Source: Cellulomonas sp. (GTDB lineage Bacteria; Actinomycetota; Actinomycetes; Actinomycetales; Cellulomonadaceae). Taken from it: DNA of 64,000 bases. Shown piece after piece: positions 30,001 to 39,206 of the stretch; within the stretch, counting starts at the first letter, position 1; every line of letters begins with the position of its first letter. A program made the translations under genes and the position numbers. The stretch lies in NCBI RefSeq assembly GCF_015234515.1, contig NZ_JADGMY010000023.1, positions 267,882-331,881 of the forward strand. The letters are read 5' to 3'. The notes beneath the pieces are model-generated. The model made no database searches and had not been told where the DNA came from. It worked only from the letters and a program-made list of their open reading frames with translations.

Positions 30001-32644
30001 TGCCAGGACGTACACCTACGACCGAGCCGGACAGCTCGTGAAGGTGGTCGAACCGCGCGGCAACGTCACCGGGGCCAACCCGGCGACCTACGCCACGAGC
30101 TTCGGCTACGACGCCGCCGGCCGCCAGAACCGCATCACCACACCGTCGGGAGCTATCACCACCCAGGCGTTCGACCTGTCCGGGCACTTGGTCAGCACGA
30201 CCGATCCCCGCGGCAACGTCACCGGGGTCTCCCCTCAGCAGTTCACCACCACCTACACCGTCGACCGCCTCGGGCGAGTCACGGACGTCGTCGAGCCGGG
30301 TGGTGCCGCCACGCACCTGGAGTACGACGCCGCAGGCAATATCGCGAGCCGCAAGAACGCGAACAACCGCGTCACCTCCTACACCTATGACAAGGCAGGG
30401 CGGCTGCTGACGAAGAGCTCACCCGTGGGCCAGGTCTGGGAGACCACCTACGACGCCGACGGCAATGTCGCCAGCCTCACCACCCCGATCGGCACCGCTA
30501 CCGCCGCGGTGGGGGACGGAACCATCACTTACGCCAACGACCCGGCCGGTCGCCTGACCACGATCGATTACTCCGACGCCACACCTGACGTCACGTACAC
30601 CCGCGCCCTCGACGGCTTCGTCACGGCAGCCGCCACCACCGCCGGAGCCAAGCAGACCTTCGGGCGCACCCCTGGGGGTCAGCTGTCCTCGGTGTACAGC
30701 GACGGCCAGGCAGCGGGCACCGCGGACAGCAACACCATCGGGTACCGGTACGACGCTGCCGGGTTCCTGATCGGGCGAGACGCCAAGCAGCACTCGACGG
30801 CGTACACCTACGACCGAGCGGGCCGACTCGCCAGCGCCGGAGCGGGCACGGCGGTGGTCAAGCTGGGCTACGACGCTGCCGGGAACACCACCACCCTCAC
30901 GCCACCGACCGGCAACGGGTACGTCGAGACCCGCACCTGGGACCCCGACGGGCGCCTGTCCGCGGTGACGAGCAAGCGCGGCACCGCGGTGCTGTCCTCG
31001 TTCACCCAGACCTTCGACCGCGCGTCCAACCCCGCCACGCTCACCATGGTCAGCGGCGGCACGACCACCAGAACCGCCAACACCTACGACGCCGCGGGCC
31101 GGCTCACCAAGACCTGCTACGCCGCGTCGTGCACCAACGCCACCGCCTACCTCGAGTACGCCTACGACCCGGTCGGCAACCGCCTGAGCGACAAGCGCGT
31201 CGGAGTCACCAACCCGGCCACCACCACCTACGCCTACGACGCCGCCGACCGGCTGCTGACCACCAAGGTCGGCACCACGACGACGAGCTACACCCACGAC
31301 CTCAACGGCAACCGCACCGCCGCCGGCGCGCGGACCTTCACCTACGACCTCGCCAACCGCGTCATCACCACGACCCTGTCCGGCACGACCACGACCTACC
31401 GGTACGACCCCAGCGGCAACCGCGCCTCACAGACCGTCGGCACCACCACCACCCACTTCGCCTGGGACCTGCTCGCGGGCGTCCCGCAGCTCGCCCAGGA
31501 GACCGACAACGCCGGCGCTCCCCTGCGCAGCTACACCCACACCCCTGACGGTGACCCGCTCACGCTCACCACACCGCAGGCCACCTCGTACTACCACCAC
31601 GACCAGCTCGGCGGCGTCGCGAACGTCACCAGTGGCACCGGTGCCACCCAGCACACCTACACCTACGAGCCCTTCGGAGCCCAGCGCACCGCCACCAGCG
31701 CCAGCGGAGCACCGGTCAACCCGCTGCGGTTCACCGGTGAGTCCCTCGACGGCACCGGGCTGTACAACCTGCGCGCACGCCTCTACGACCCCACCCGCGG
31801 CCAGTTCACCGCGCTCGACCCCCTCGTGGAAACCACCGCCCAGCCCTACGCCTACGCACGCAACAACCCCCTGCGCTACATCGACCCCACCGGAACCATC
31901 GACTGCGAGGTCTACAGCGACGCCTGCGTCGCAGGTTCCGCCCTCAAGGGCCTAGGGCTCGGTGTCCTCGATACCGTCAAGACGATCTTCTACCCCTGGG
32001 ACGCGATCAACGAGCACCTGCGCGTCTGCACAGCGGGTATGTACAACGGCCAGCAAGCCGAAGCCGACCTGCTCTGCCTCGACGGCATGAACCCCATCGC
32101 CGGCATCCGCGACGGCTTCACCGCCGCCTGGAGCTCCGCAGAACGCGGATGCTACGAAGACTTCGGACGACAGTTCGCCGCCCCAGTGATCGGCACCGCA
32201 CTCACCGTCGCACCCTTCGCCAAGGGCACATCAAGAGCGCCCTCGGGCAGCCGAGCCGGTGGTGGCGGTTCAGGCGCGACTACCCAGAGAGCGGAGTCAG
32301 TACTCGCGCCAGTGGCCATAGGACCCGGAGCGAGGCTGTTGGATGACGCGGCGCGCATCGAGACCCATCTCGCCCGGTTGGATCACTCGCCCGCGAACGA
32401 CGCGATGCTTGCGCGGATCCGCGCCGCCGCAGCGGCCGGCCGGCCGCTCAGCGCTGCCGACCAGAGCTTCATGAGGCACGAACTGACGGAGGCGGGTCTC
32501 ATGGACCGCGGGATGGGCTACGAGGAAGCGCATGGACTGGCGGGCCAGACGCACCCGACCTTCGGCAACTATGACCCTGAGGTCATCAAGCAGTTCCCAG
32601 AGCTGTTCAACCAGAACTGGCGCAACTATTGGGGAATCGAGTGA
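27041..32644 (+). CDS. Secreted RHS/YD-repeat polymorphic toxin
   Basis: N-terminal signal-like helix; EDPVNTATG; many YD repeats; core LRFTGE..LYNLRARLYDP..GQFTALDP..YARNNPLRYIDPTG (DPTG at 31883); distinct C-terminal tip. Confidence 0.93.
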   Translation: MLVGLARRLATVVLVTIVLLVDMPAATGAPQAAVGAVGPISSGQLAASLAGSGAALQSAGVRAAGPVRMAAYPGHVVGPEGDEWGFSIGESTLACSTVSYSLRLNAWGSQYGGYCGTFATVGGVTYGQAGNAYPALPTYTPVSQTATGNEIRTVVDVGISGIRITQTDRYNPARDGWISDVRVDNLGATEQQVSVRRSATRCNPWSGVNLVERYFDAVKGVAACKNGLNTVTFVRRSSEMFRDGTGNMWGEGSEELLSPGQSFTFSGEIVWRKNGTIPTPSAAVVLPDAQIAGEPSACMSNSASMLREDPVNTATGHLVESATDVQVGSASMPLRLRRSYDSGRTATSAFGPSWTYEFGAFLTRDAATGRAVVDTGAGNLVGFTKQPDGSYLSDPAVTSELSETADGYRLRMDCSGVSMTFDASGGLTGIVGDDSGYELSLTRDAAGRLATLTNTDGQTLTFTHSADLLTQVRLADGRHVDYAYTGGRLTSVTTLDGSVVTYAYDSQGHLTAKSAGDRTITTAYDPATGRVVSQTDGVGATTTFAWDEATQTATTTFPGGGIATDVYAGNLLARTSDATGNLTQYEYDSDGQISAVIDPLGRYTTLRHDARGLLLERIGPAPQAYREAWTYDDAGRVLTETDRNNEVTTYTYNPDGLVEKVTDPLGRVTSYTYVNGRVASVTEPRGNLSGAVRSDFTTTYTYDTRGHPHSATDPLGRTVTTVHDDAGNLVSATDAAGATTTFTYDESGRRLTVTEPRGNVTGADPALYTSTNTYDDLGQLTSVTDPAGNVVRYRYDAQGRLTSATAPGNRVTTYEHDLDGNVTGVTDPEGARTTYTYDVAGRRTSMTTPRGNALPAGSDRTPYTWKYTYDGAGQLLTEENPTTGRTTSTYDTYGRTTVRTGPTGISTAWTYDGTGNTLTQTTNLPTVDGEFTAPGVTTTHQYDAAGQLSATIDPRGALSGADPEQYATTYAYDAAGHLLKETDPLGGARTYTYDRAGQLVKVVEPRGNVTGANPATYATSFGYDAAGRQNRITTPSGAITTQAFDLSGHLVSTTDPRGNVTGVSPQQFTTTYTVDRLGRVTDVVEPGGAATHLEYDAAGNIASRKNANNRVTSYTYDKAGRLLTKSSPVGQVWETTYDADGNVASLTTPIGTATAAVGDGTITYANDPAGRLTTIDYSDATPDVTYTRALDGFVTAAATTAGAKQTFGRTPGGQLSSVYSDGQAAGTADSNTIGYRYDAAGFLIGRDAKQHSTAYTYDRAGRLASAGAGTAVVKLGYDAAGNTTTLTPPTGNGYVETRTWDPDGRLSAVTSKRGTAVLSSFTQTFDRASNPATLTMVSGGTTTRTANTYDAAGRLTKTCYAASCTNATAYLEYAYDPVGNRLSDKRVGVTNPATTTYAYDAADRLLTTKVGTTTTSYTHDLNGNRTAAGARTFTYDLANRVITTTLSGTTTTYRYDPSGNRASQTVGTTTTHFAWDLLAGVPQLAQETDNAGAPLRSYTHTPDGDPLTLTTPQATSYYHHDQLGGVANVTSGTGATQHTYTYEPFGAQRTATSASGAPVNPLRFTGESLDGTGLYNLRARLYDPTRGQFTALDPLVETTAQPYAYARNNPLRYIDPTGTIDCEVYSDACVAGSALKGLGLGVLDTVKTIFYPWDAINEHLRVCTAGMYNGQQAEADLLCLDGMNPIAGIRDGFTAAWSSAERGCYEDFGRQFAAPVIGTALTVAPFAKGTSRAPSGSRAGGGGSGATTQRAESVLAPVAIGPGARLLDDAARIETHLARLDHSPANDAMLARIRAAAAAGRPLSAADQSFMRHELTEAGLMDRGMGYEEAHGLAGQTHPTFGNYDPEVIKQFPELFNQNWRNYWGIE

Positions 32645-33165
32645 TTATTTCGGTTGGGTCTCGCCGCGCCGCGGTCGTTAGCGACGAGGAGACGGCGAGG
32701 TTCGACGCCGTGCGAATGGTGGGTGCTTCGGTTCCTAGAGTGCCCGACGAGACCTCGTTGCAAGCGGTTCGGTGTGTCGTTGAGATCCTCCGACACGGGG
32801 GTGGGCTCATGCCGCGTGCCCTGCTGGGCGGCTCCTACGCGCCGGGTAGGACCGACGGACTGGTCATCGAGGTGGGCACCTCTGGGTCGTGTGTTGATGG
32901 GATGCCGACCTGCAGGAGCGCGTTGTCACGCCCACTCGTCCCTGGTCTGCCCTCGGAGTTCGCGTCCGCGGCTGAGGACGGCCTGCTGCGAAGCGCGCTG
33001 CCACCGGGAGTCGTCGTCGTCGATCGTGCGGCGTTTGATCCGGTCGAGTCCTCGCCGCTGTCCTTCGAGCTGGCAGCGGAACTTCTCGCGGTTGCACTCG
33101 GAGCGATGTCCGCGGGCCGAGTTGTCCGAGAAGCGGTGCGTGCCGCGGTTGAGGCCTGGTCGTGA
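32641..33165 (+). CDS. Putative cognate immunity protein with EF-G domain IV-like (S5 domain 2) signature
   Basis: GTGA overlap with the toxin stop; GLPSEFASAAEDGL...AAFDPVESSPLSFELAA resembles the EF-G domain IV C-terminal half. Confidence 0.65.
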   Translation: MIISVGSRRAAVVSDEETARFDAVRMVGASVPRVPDETSLQAVRCVVEILRHGGGLMPRALLGGSYAPGRTDGLVIEVGTSGSCVDGMPTCRSALSRPLVPGLPSEFASAAEDGLLRSALPPGVVVVDRAAFDPVESSPLSFELAAELLAVALGAMSAGRVVREAVRAAVEAWS

Positions 33166-33900
33166 GGTTCGTCCCGCGCGTGTACCACCGGCCATGCTGC
33201 GCGCGACCAGCAACCTCGCCGCGCACGAACTAGAGCGCTGGCCCCGACCACCAGCCGCCACCGGCGCAGCACCCGGCCCAAGCGCACCGTGCGTCGGGTG
33301 CTGCGCTTGTGCCATCGCGTTTCTCCGGGGCGAGACAACTCAGCACGCAACTGGGCTCGCAGCATCGGTGCCGTCGGGACTGCCAGGGGTGTCGGGCGGG
33401 ACCGAAGACGGCCTGCGGGTCATCGAGTCGTTCCGTACTGTCGAGCCGATCGAGGCGGATCGCCTCCGGGCAGGGTTTCGTCGTCGGCAGCACGGCGATA
33501 GGGCTCTGCGGCGGCCGAGCGGTGATCGTCGAGCCGATCAGCCGTCCCGATGATTCGGAGCGGGACGGCTGACAGGACCTGACGATCCTGCTGCTCTCGC
33601 AGCTGCCGTTCGTGGGCGAGGGCATCGAGATGTGGAGGCTGACGGTCCGGGAGAGGGGGTGAGCCCGGTCGGCGCACCAACCGTCGTGACATCGGCTCCC
33701 TCGCAACGAGCGACCGGGCGGCGGGGCCTCCGTACTTTGACCGACGGCGGCTCCGAACGCCCTGTGGTTCAAACTAGCCCGCACGCGAGCAGTCAAGCTG
33801 TGCCGCATCTCGACACTCTGCCGCAGACAGGTACCTGTCGATGGCGTGCCACTCAGATGTCGAGATGGTGTGACCAATCGGCCTGGATGCTCTGGCTACG

Positions 33901-34080
33901 CATTCGACGGACGGCGTCTACGTCTGGCCGGAAGGTCTTGCTCACTACGTGCTGGACCACAGGGTGCGGCTTCCCCGCGAGTTCGTCGCCCATGTGGAGG
34001 CTCGCGACGAACTCGCGGACGACGTGCGGGTCGACGAGTCGTGGTGGCGCTCGGTCCAGCCACCTGCGGGCATCGTCCTG
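33901..34080 (+). pseudogene. Fragment of a DGVYVWPEGLAHYV..H.VRLP-type hypothetical protein
   Basis: Protein-like motif in frame, but an in-frame TGA at 33871 removes the N-terminus; function unknown. Confidence 0.4.
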
Positions 34081-34120
34081 ACGCCTCGCGCTGTCGCCGC
34101 TCCCACGTGCTCAAGACCTC

Positions 34121-34179
34121 AAGATCGCGGCAGCGACGAGCGCAAGCATGAGCACTCCAAGGGAAGGGGTCCGGCGAGC
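34121..34179. repeat. 59-bp direct repeat, copy 1 (second copy at 43838-43895)
   Basis: 53/59 identical including one gap; matches the RBS and first codons of the small gene at 43663-43866. Confidence 0.85.
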
Positions 34180-34321
34180 GCCGCCCGCGCCTACGACCCG
34201 ATCGTGCGCGGCGAGGCCGGTGAGGACCTGTCCGGCTACTTCCTCAAGGACTACGCACGCTCGCACTGGTGAGGATCCCGTGACGTCACCGCCGGCGGGA
34301 GGCCGGCCCGCGGCTCCGGCG

Positions 34322-37246
34322 TCACTCCCCCCGGTGGGTCCCCGGACCGTCGTCCCGACGCTCGGCCCAGACAACGGCGGCCTCCGCCCGGGTCGCGGTG
34401 CCCGTCTTGCGGAGGATCGCCGCGACGTGGACGCCGGCGGTCCGGGGACTGATGAAGAGCCGCTGCGCGATCTGCGGGTTGGTCAGCCCCGCCGCGACGA
34501 GCTCGAGCACCTGGACCTCCCGGGCGCTCAGCGACGCGATCCCCGTGACCGCTGGCGTCCCTCGACGCACGACCGCACCCCGCAGCCCGCCCCGCGCTGC
34601 CAGTCGCTGCGCCCACCCCGCCACGACCGACGCGCCGACGCGCGGACCCAGGTCCGTGCAGCGCGACAGGGCGTCGGCAGCCGTGGCCCGGTCACCGGCC
34701 GCGAGCGCCACCTCACCCCACCGGTACAGGGCGTAGGGCGGGTACCACGCGGGCGCCGGGACCCGGTCGAGCACGGCCACGGCGTGGGCCCACGCCTCCG
34801 GCGCGAGCCGGGAGGTCGCGAGCTCCGCGTCGACCAGTGACCGCCAGACTTCCGCCACCCCGTACCCCGGCAGGTCGGCGCGAAGCAGCTCGAGGACCTC
34901 CTCGGCGCGCGGTGAGTACCGGCCGAGCCGACGCCAGGCGCCGACGGCGCGCGCCACCGTCGGCACCGCCTCGAAGCGCATCGGCTCGAACTCCGCACGC
35001 ACCGTGAGCAGCCGCGCGACCTCCGTGAGCGCTGCGTCGACCTCCGCCTCCCACCGCGCCGGCGCCTCCACCGCCCGGCGCAGGTGGAGGTCCGCCGCGA
35101 GCTGCGGCCACCGGTACGCCTCGTGCTCCTCGAGGGAAGGGTCCTCGCGCACGTGCTCAAGGAACTGCGCCGCGTGGTCCGCCGGACCGTTCCACACGTG
35201 GTGGGTGGCCTGCATCCACCAGACGAACACGCGCATCGGCAGATCGGTGACCGGCGTCGTGACGGCGAGCCGGACCGCCCGCTCGGCCTGCCCGGCGCAC
35301 ATGCACGCCCAGACCAGCCGGCTTGCGACGGCTCCGACCCACCCGCCGCCGGCGCCCGCGGCCCGGATGCCCGCCAGGGCGCGCTCGCCCGTCGCGACCG
35401 CCTCGTCGTAGCGGCCGAGATGGGTCTGGTAGCAGATGAGGTACTGCCGGGTGTGAGCGAGGTGGTGGGTCGCCTCGGTCGACCGCTCCGCCATCAGGAA
35501 GGAGTCGACCGCGGCGGGCACGTCGAGCCGATCGGCGAGCAACCTGCCGCGCACGGTCTGGCAGTAGGCGACGGTGTCACCGTCGCCCGCGGCCTGCGCG
35601 AGCGCGAGCGCCTGCTCGACCCGCGACCACGCCTCCTGCCCCGTGGTGTCCCCCACGATCACCGACAGCCCGAGGACGCGTGCGAGCAGGACCTGGTCCT
35701 CCGGCGCCGTCCGGTCTCGCAGCAGGCGTTCCGCCTCCGTGAGCAGCCCTGGGTCCGCCGGCGCTCCGCTGTTGAACCCGAACATCCGCTGCAGCCACAT
35801 CAGCCGCGCGCGTGACGACGGCTCGGCGGGCGGGCACAGCTCCAGGGCGCGCCGAGCCAGGTCGAGCCCACGCGCCGCGTCGGACACGAACTCCACGTGG
35901 ACCAGTGCGGCCTCCAGCAGCAGTCGCCACAGCGGCGAATCCGCGGCGGCCGGCGCGTCCTCGACCGACGGCCACACCTGCGCGCACGCCTCAGTCAGGT
36001 CCGCGACGCTCGCGTACGCGCCCGTCGCCGCGGCCTCGCGCAGCGCCGCCGCGTACGCCGCAAGGGCGCGCCGCGGCTCGCGCGCCCGGCGCCAGTGCAG
36101 CGCCGTCTCCGCCACGTCGGGTGACGCGTCCGCGCCGGCCCGCGCGTCCATGGCCCGCGCGAAGGCGGCGTGCAGGCGAACGCGCTCGCCCGGCAGCACG
36201 TCGTCGTACAGCGCCTCCTGGATGAGCGCGTGCCGGAACCGGTAGCGCGTGCCCTCGACGACCACGAGCTTGACGTCCGCGGCCTGGCGCAGGGACGCGT
36301 CGAGCGCCGCCTCCGTCAGGTCGACCACCTCGCGGAGCACGTCGTGCTCGACGGCACCACCGCCGACCGCCAGGACCCGCAGCACCTGCCGGGCCCGCGG
36401 GTCCAGGGGCAGGCACCGCGCGAGGATCACCTCGCGCATGGTCTCCGGCAGCGGGCCGTCCCCGACGTGCAGGAGCTCCTCGACGAAGAACGGGTTGCCG
36501 CCGCTGCGCTGGACGACGGAGTCGACGGACCGCAGAAGCCCTGCTGGCAGCAGTATCGCGGCCGCCTGCGCCCGCACGAGGTCGTCGTCCAGCGGTGCCA
36601 GCTCCACCAGCGTCGTCGCGCGGCCACGCTCGAGCTCGGCGATCGCCGGCCGTAGCGGTGGCCGCACCACCTCGTCCGAGCGCAGGGTGACCAGCATCGT
36701 CAGGTGCTCGCCGCGCAGCGACTTCGCGAGGGAGCGGAGCAGCGCGAGCGTCGCGGCGTCCGCCCAGTGCACGTCCTCGACGACGAGCACGACGTGGTGG
36801 CGCACGCTCAGGGCAGCCACCAGCACCTCGACCGCGTCGTTGACGAGTGCCGGGCGGGGCGCGTCGTCAGCAGGCCCGTGCCCCAGGTCCGGGAGCAGGG
36901 GCGCGACGGCGGCCAGCACGGCCGCCGGTGCGGCCGCGACGAACGCCTCCCGTCCCACGCCCACGAGCAGGTCGCGCAGCTGCCACCGCAGCGGGCCGAA
37001 CGGCGTCCCCGCGGAGCCCAGGTCGACGCACTGCGCGGTCGCGACCACGAGGGGTGGGCCGTCGCCTGGCGCCGTGCTGACGGCCCGCAGCGCCTCCTGG
37101 ACGAGCCGCGACTTGCCGAGGCCCGCGTCGCCGCGCACGACGACCACCCGGGGCCGCCCGGCGCGCCCGTCCGTCAGCGCGCCCACGAGCACGCCGAGCT
37201 CGGACTCCCGGCCGACCATCACCGGCGCAGACGTCGTACGCGCCAT
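34322..37246 (-). CDS. AAA-ATPase (STAND-like) LuxR-family transcriptional regulator
   Basis: VGRESEL, GDAGLGKS Walker A, VVEDVHWAD Walker B, SGGNPFFVEEL; C-terminal LSAREVQVLELVAAGLTNPQIA HTH. Confidence 0.92.
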   Translation of the reverse strand: MARTTSAPVMVGRESELGVLVGALTDGRAGRPRVVVVRGDAGLGKSRLVQEALRAVSTAPGDGPPLVVATAQCVDLGSAGTPFGPLRWQLRDLLVGVGREAFVAAAPAAVLAAVAPLLPDLGHGPADDAPRPALVNDAVEVLVAALSVRHHVVLVVEDVHWADAATLALLRSLAKSLRGEHLTMLVTLRSDEVVRPPLRPAIAELERGRATTLVELAPLDDDLVRAQAAAILLPAGLLRSVDSVVQRSGGNPFFVEELLHVGDGPLPETMREVILARCLPLDPRARQVLRVLAVGGGAVEHDVLREVVDLTEAALDASLRQAADVKLVVVEGTRYRFRHALIQEALYDDVLPGERVRLHAAFARAMDARAGADASPDVAETALHWRRAREPRRALAAYAAALREAAATGAYASVADLTEACAQVWPSVEDAPAAADSPLWRLLLEAALVHVEFVSDAARGLDLARRALELCPPAEPSSRARLMWLQRMFGFNSGAPADPGLLTEAERLLRDRTAPEDQVLLARVLGLSVIVGDTTGQEAWSRVEQALALAQAAGDGDTVAYCQTVRGRLLADRLDVPAAVDSFLMAERSTEATHHLAHTRQYLICYQTHLGRYDEAVATGERALAGIRAAGAGGGWVGAVASRLVWACMCAGQAERAVRLAVTTPVTDLPMRVFVWWMQATHHVWNGPADHAAQFLEHVREDPSLEEHEAYRWPQLAADLHLRRAVEAPARWEAEVDAALTEVARLLTVRAEFEPMRFEAVPTVARAVGAWRRLGRYSPRAEEVLELLRADLPGYGVAEVWRSLVDAELATSRLAPEAWAHAVAVLDRVPAPAWYPPYALYRWGEVALAAGDRATAADALSRCTDLGPRVGASVVAGWAQRLAARGGLRGAVVRRGTPAVTGIASLSAREVQVLELVAAGLTNPQIAQRLFISPRTAGVHVAAILRKTGTATRAEAAVVWAERRDDGPGTHRGE

Positions 37247-37339
37247 ACCGCCACTGTAGGAGCGGTCCGACGGCTCGTGGCCGATCTTCGCGGCGTCCTG
37301 CCCCGGGTGCAGCGCACAGCGGGTTAGGACGCCCGGTGG

Positions 37340-37376
37340 TGACGTACCGGGACGAACACGTCGTCGCGGTACGTCA
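37340..37376. promoter_or_regulatory. Inverted repeat in the divergent regulator/protease intergenic region
   Basis: TGACGTACCG-g-GACGA-acacg-TCGTC-g-CGGTACGTCA; 15-bp stem with one mismatch. Confidence 0.5.
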
Positions 37377-37457
37377 TCCTGCCGATCCGCGTCGGCCGCC
37401 CACGGTCGAACCTCTCCGGTGGGGGAACACCCCACCACATGTCGAGAGGAACGTCCG

Positions 37458-39206
37458 ATGACCGAGAACGACCCGAGGAGCGACGGCGGCACGACGCCGC
37501 ACGGCTCCGTCTTCGACGAGCACGACGTCGTCCGCGGCGAGGTGCTCGTCACGCTCACCCCCTCCGCCGCACAGGCACGGACCGCGTCCGTCCCCGTGCA
37601 CCCCGGCCCCGCAGGCGGCTCCGCCGTGCGGGCGCTGGGCATCGCCCCGCTCGACGAGGTGCTGACGGCACTCGGCGCGCACGACATCGTGCAGCTGGCG
37701 CCCGATGCCGGCGTCACGGCGACGCGCGCCCTCGACGGCGGGCGGGCACGCACGGCCTCCCCGCTGGCCCGGACCTACCGGGTGCCGACCGAGTCGGACG
37801 TCGACGAGGCCGTCGAGCAGCTGGTCGCGCTCGACGAGGTCGAGTCCGCCGAGCCGAACCGCTGGCGGGAGGCGACCCAGCTGCCCAACGATCCGCTGCT
37901 GCCGGACCAGTGGGGGCTGGCGGCGATCGACGCCCCGTCCGCCTGGGACGTCTCCACGGGATCCTCGTCGGTGGTCGTCGCCGTCGTGGACACCGGCGTC
38001 GACCTCGCCCACCCCGAGCTCGCACCGCTGCTGGTGCAGGGCTCCGACCAGGTCGACTTCTCGCGGCTCCTGCCCAAGCCGGGCTGGCGCTTCGACGGCG
38101 ACGTCACCCAGCGCGACAGCGTCCCCGCCGACGAGATCGGCCACGGCACGCACGTCGCCGGCACGATCTCCGCCCTGTCGAACAACGGCATCGGTGTCGC
38201 TGGTGTCGGGTGGCAGACGCGGATCATGCCCGTCCGCGTGCTGGGCACCATGGTCAACGTCAGCGACACGAGCGCACCGATCGGCTACACGACGGGTGTG
38301 GGGACGGCCGCGGACATCGCGGCCGGCATCACCTGGGCCACGGACCACGGCGCCCACGTCATCAACCTCAGCCTCGGCGGGGCCGTCGCCACCGCGGTCG
38401 AGCAGGCCGCGGTGGACCACGCGCTGGCCAACGACCTCGTCGTGGTCGCTGCGATGGGCAACGACGGGACGGCCGTCCCGTTCTTCCCCGCAGCGTTCCC
38501 CGGTGTCGTCGCGGTCGGGTCCGTCGGCCGCACCGAGCGCCGTTCATCGTTCTCCCAGACCGGGCCGCACATCGACCTGGTCGCACCCGGGGAGGACGTG
38601 CTCTCGACGTGGCCGGGTCAACGTGCGGCGTGGAGGAGCGGGACGTCCATGGCGGCGCCGCACGTCTCCGGCGTGGCGGCGCTCCTGCGAGCCGTCAGTC
38701 CCGGTCTGACGGCCGCGAGGGTCGCCGACGTCCTGCGGCGGACCGCGCGCCCACTGCGGGACGACCCTGCGGACCCGGTCCCGAACGACCGCTACGGCCA
38801 CGGCATCCTCGACGCAGGCGCCGCGGTGCGCGCGGTCCGGCGGCCGGTCCTCGACGAGATCATCATCACCAAGCTCCGCTCGAAGCTTCTCGTCTGGTGC
38901 CCTGCGCCCACCCTGCTGATCAAGGACTGCCCGGACCTGACGTTCCTGATCACGGTGCTGCCCCCGCGGTGCGACCTGCGGACCTCCCCGGTGATCTGCG
39001 AGAGCGAGCGCGAGATCCCCAGCCTCACCACCCCGCTGATCCGGACCATCGGCCGTCCCGACGGTCTGCGCGTGCGCTCGGGCGACGACCCGTTCGGTCT
39101 CGTCCGCAGCCACGAGGTGGCGTACGTCGCGGGGCACGCTGCGGCGATGCAGGAGGTGCGCGACGCCGTCGAGGCGTACGGCACCGACCTGTTCGAGGAG
39201 CAGTGA
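37458..39206 (+). CDS. S8 subtilisin-like serine protease, no signal peptide, with Cys/Thr-rich C-terminal extension
   Basis: Triad motifs VVDTG, HGTHVAG and GTSMAAPHV; oxyanion AMGN; all four Cys lie in the tail. Confidence 0.92.
   Translation: MTENDPRSDGGTTPHGSVFDEHDVVRGEVLVTLTPSAAQARTASVPVHPGPAGGSAVRALGIAPLDEVLTALGAHDIVQLAPDAGVTATRALDGGRARTASPLARTYRVPTESDVDEAVEQLVALDEVESAEPNRWREATQLPNDPLLPDQWGLAAIDAPSAWDVSTGSSSVVVAVVDTGVDLAHPELAPLLVQGSDQVDFSRLLPKPGWRFDGDVTQRDSVPADEIGHGTHVAGTISALSNNGIGVAGVGWQTRIMPVRVLGTMVNVSDTSAPIGYTTGVGTAADIAAGITWATDHGAHVINLSLGGAVATAVEQAAVDHALANDLVVVAAMGNDGTAVPFFPAAFPGVVAVGSVGRTERRSSFSQTGPHIDLVAPGEDVLSTWPGQRAAWRSGTSMAAPHVSGVAALLRAVSPGLTAARVADVLRRTARPLRDDPADPVPNDRYGHGILDAGAAVRAVRRPVLDEIIITKLRSKLLVWCPAPTLLIKDCPDLTFLITVLPPRCDLRTSPVICESEREIPSLTTPLIRTIGRPDGLRVRSGDDPFGLVRSHEVAYVAGHAAAMQEVRDAVEAYGTDLFEEQ

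Noticed and set aside
28358-31297. Long minus-strand ORFs within the RHS gene
   Set aside because: Antisense shadows of the repetitive YD region.
33170-33800. Possible transposase or second immunity fragments after the RHS immunity gene
   Set aside because: Short, frame-broken segments with no diagnostic motif I can support.
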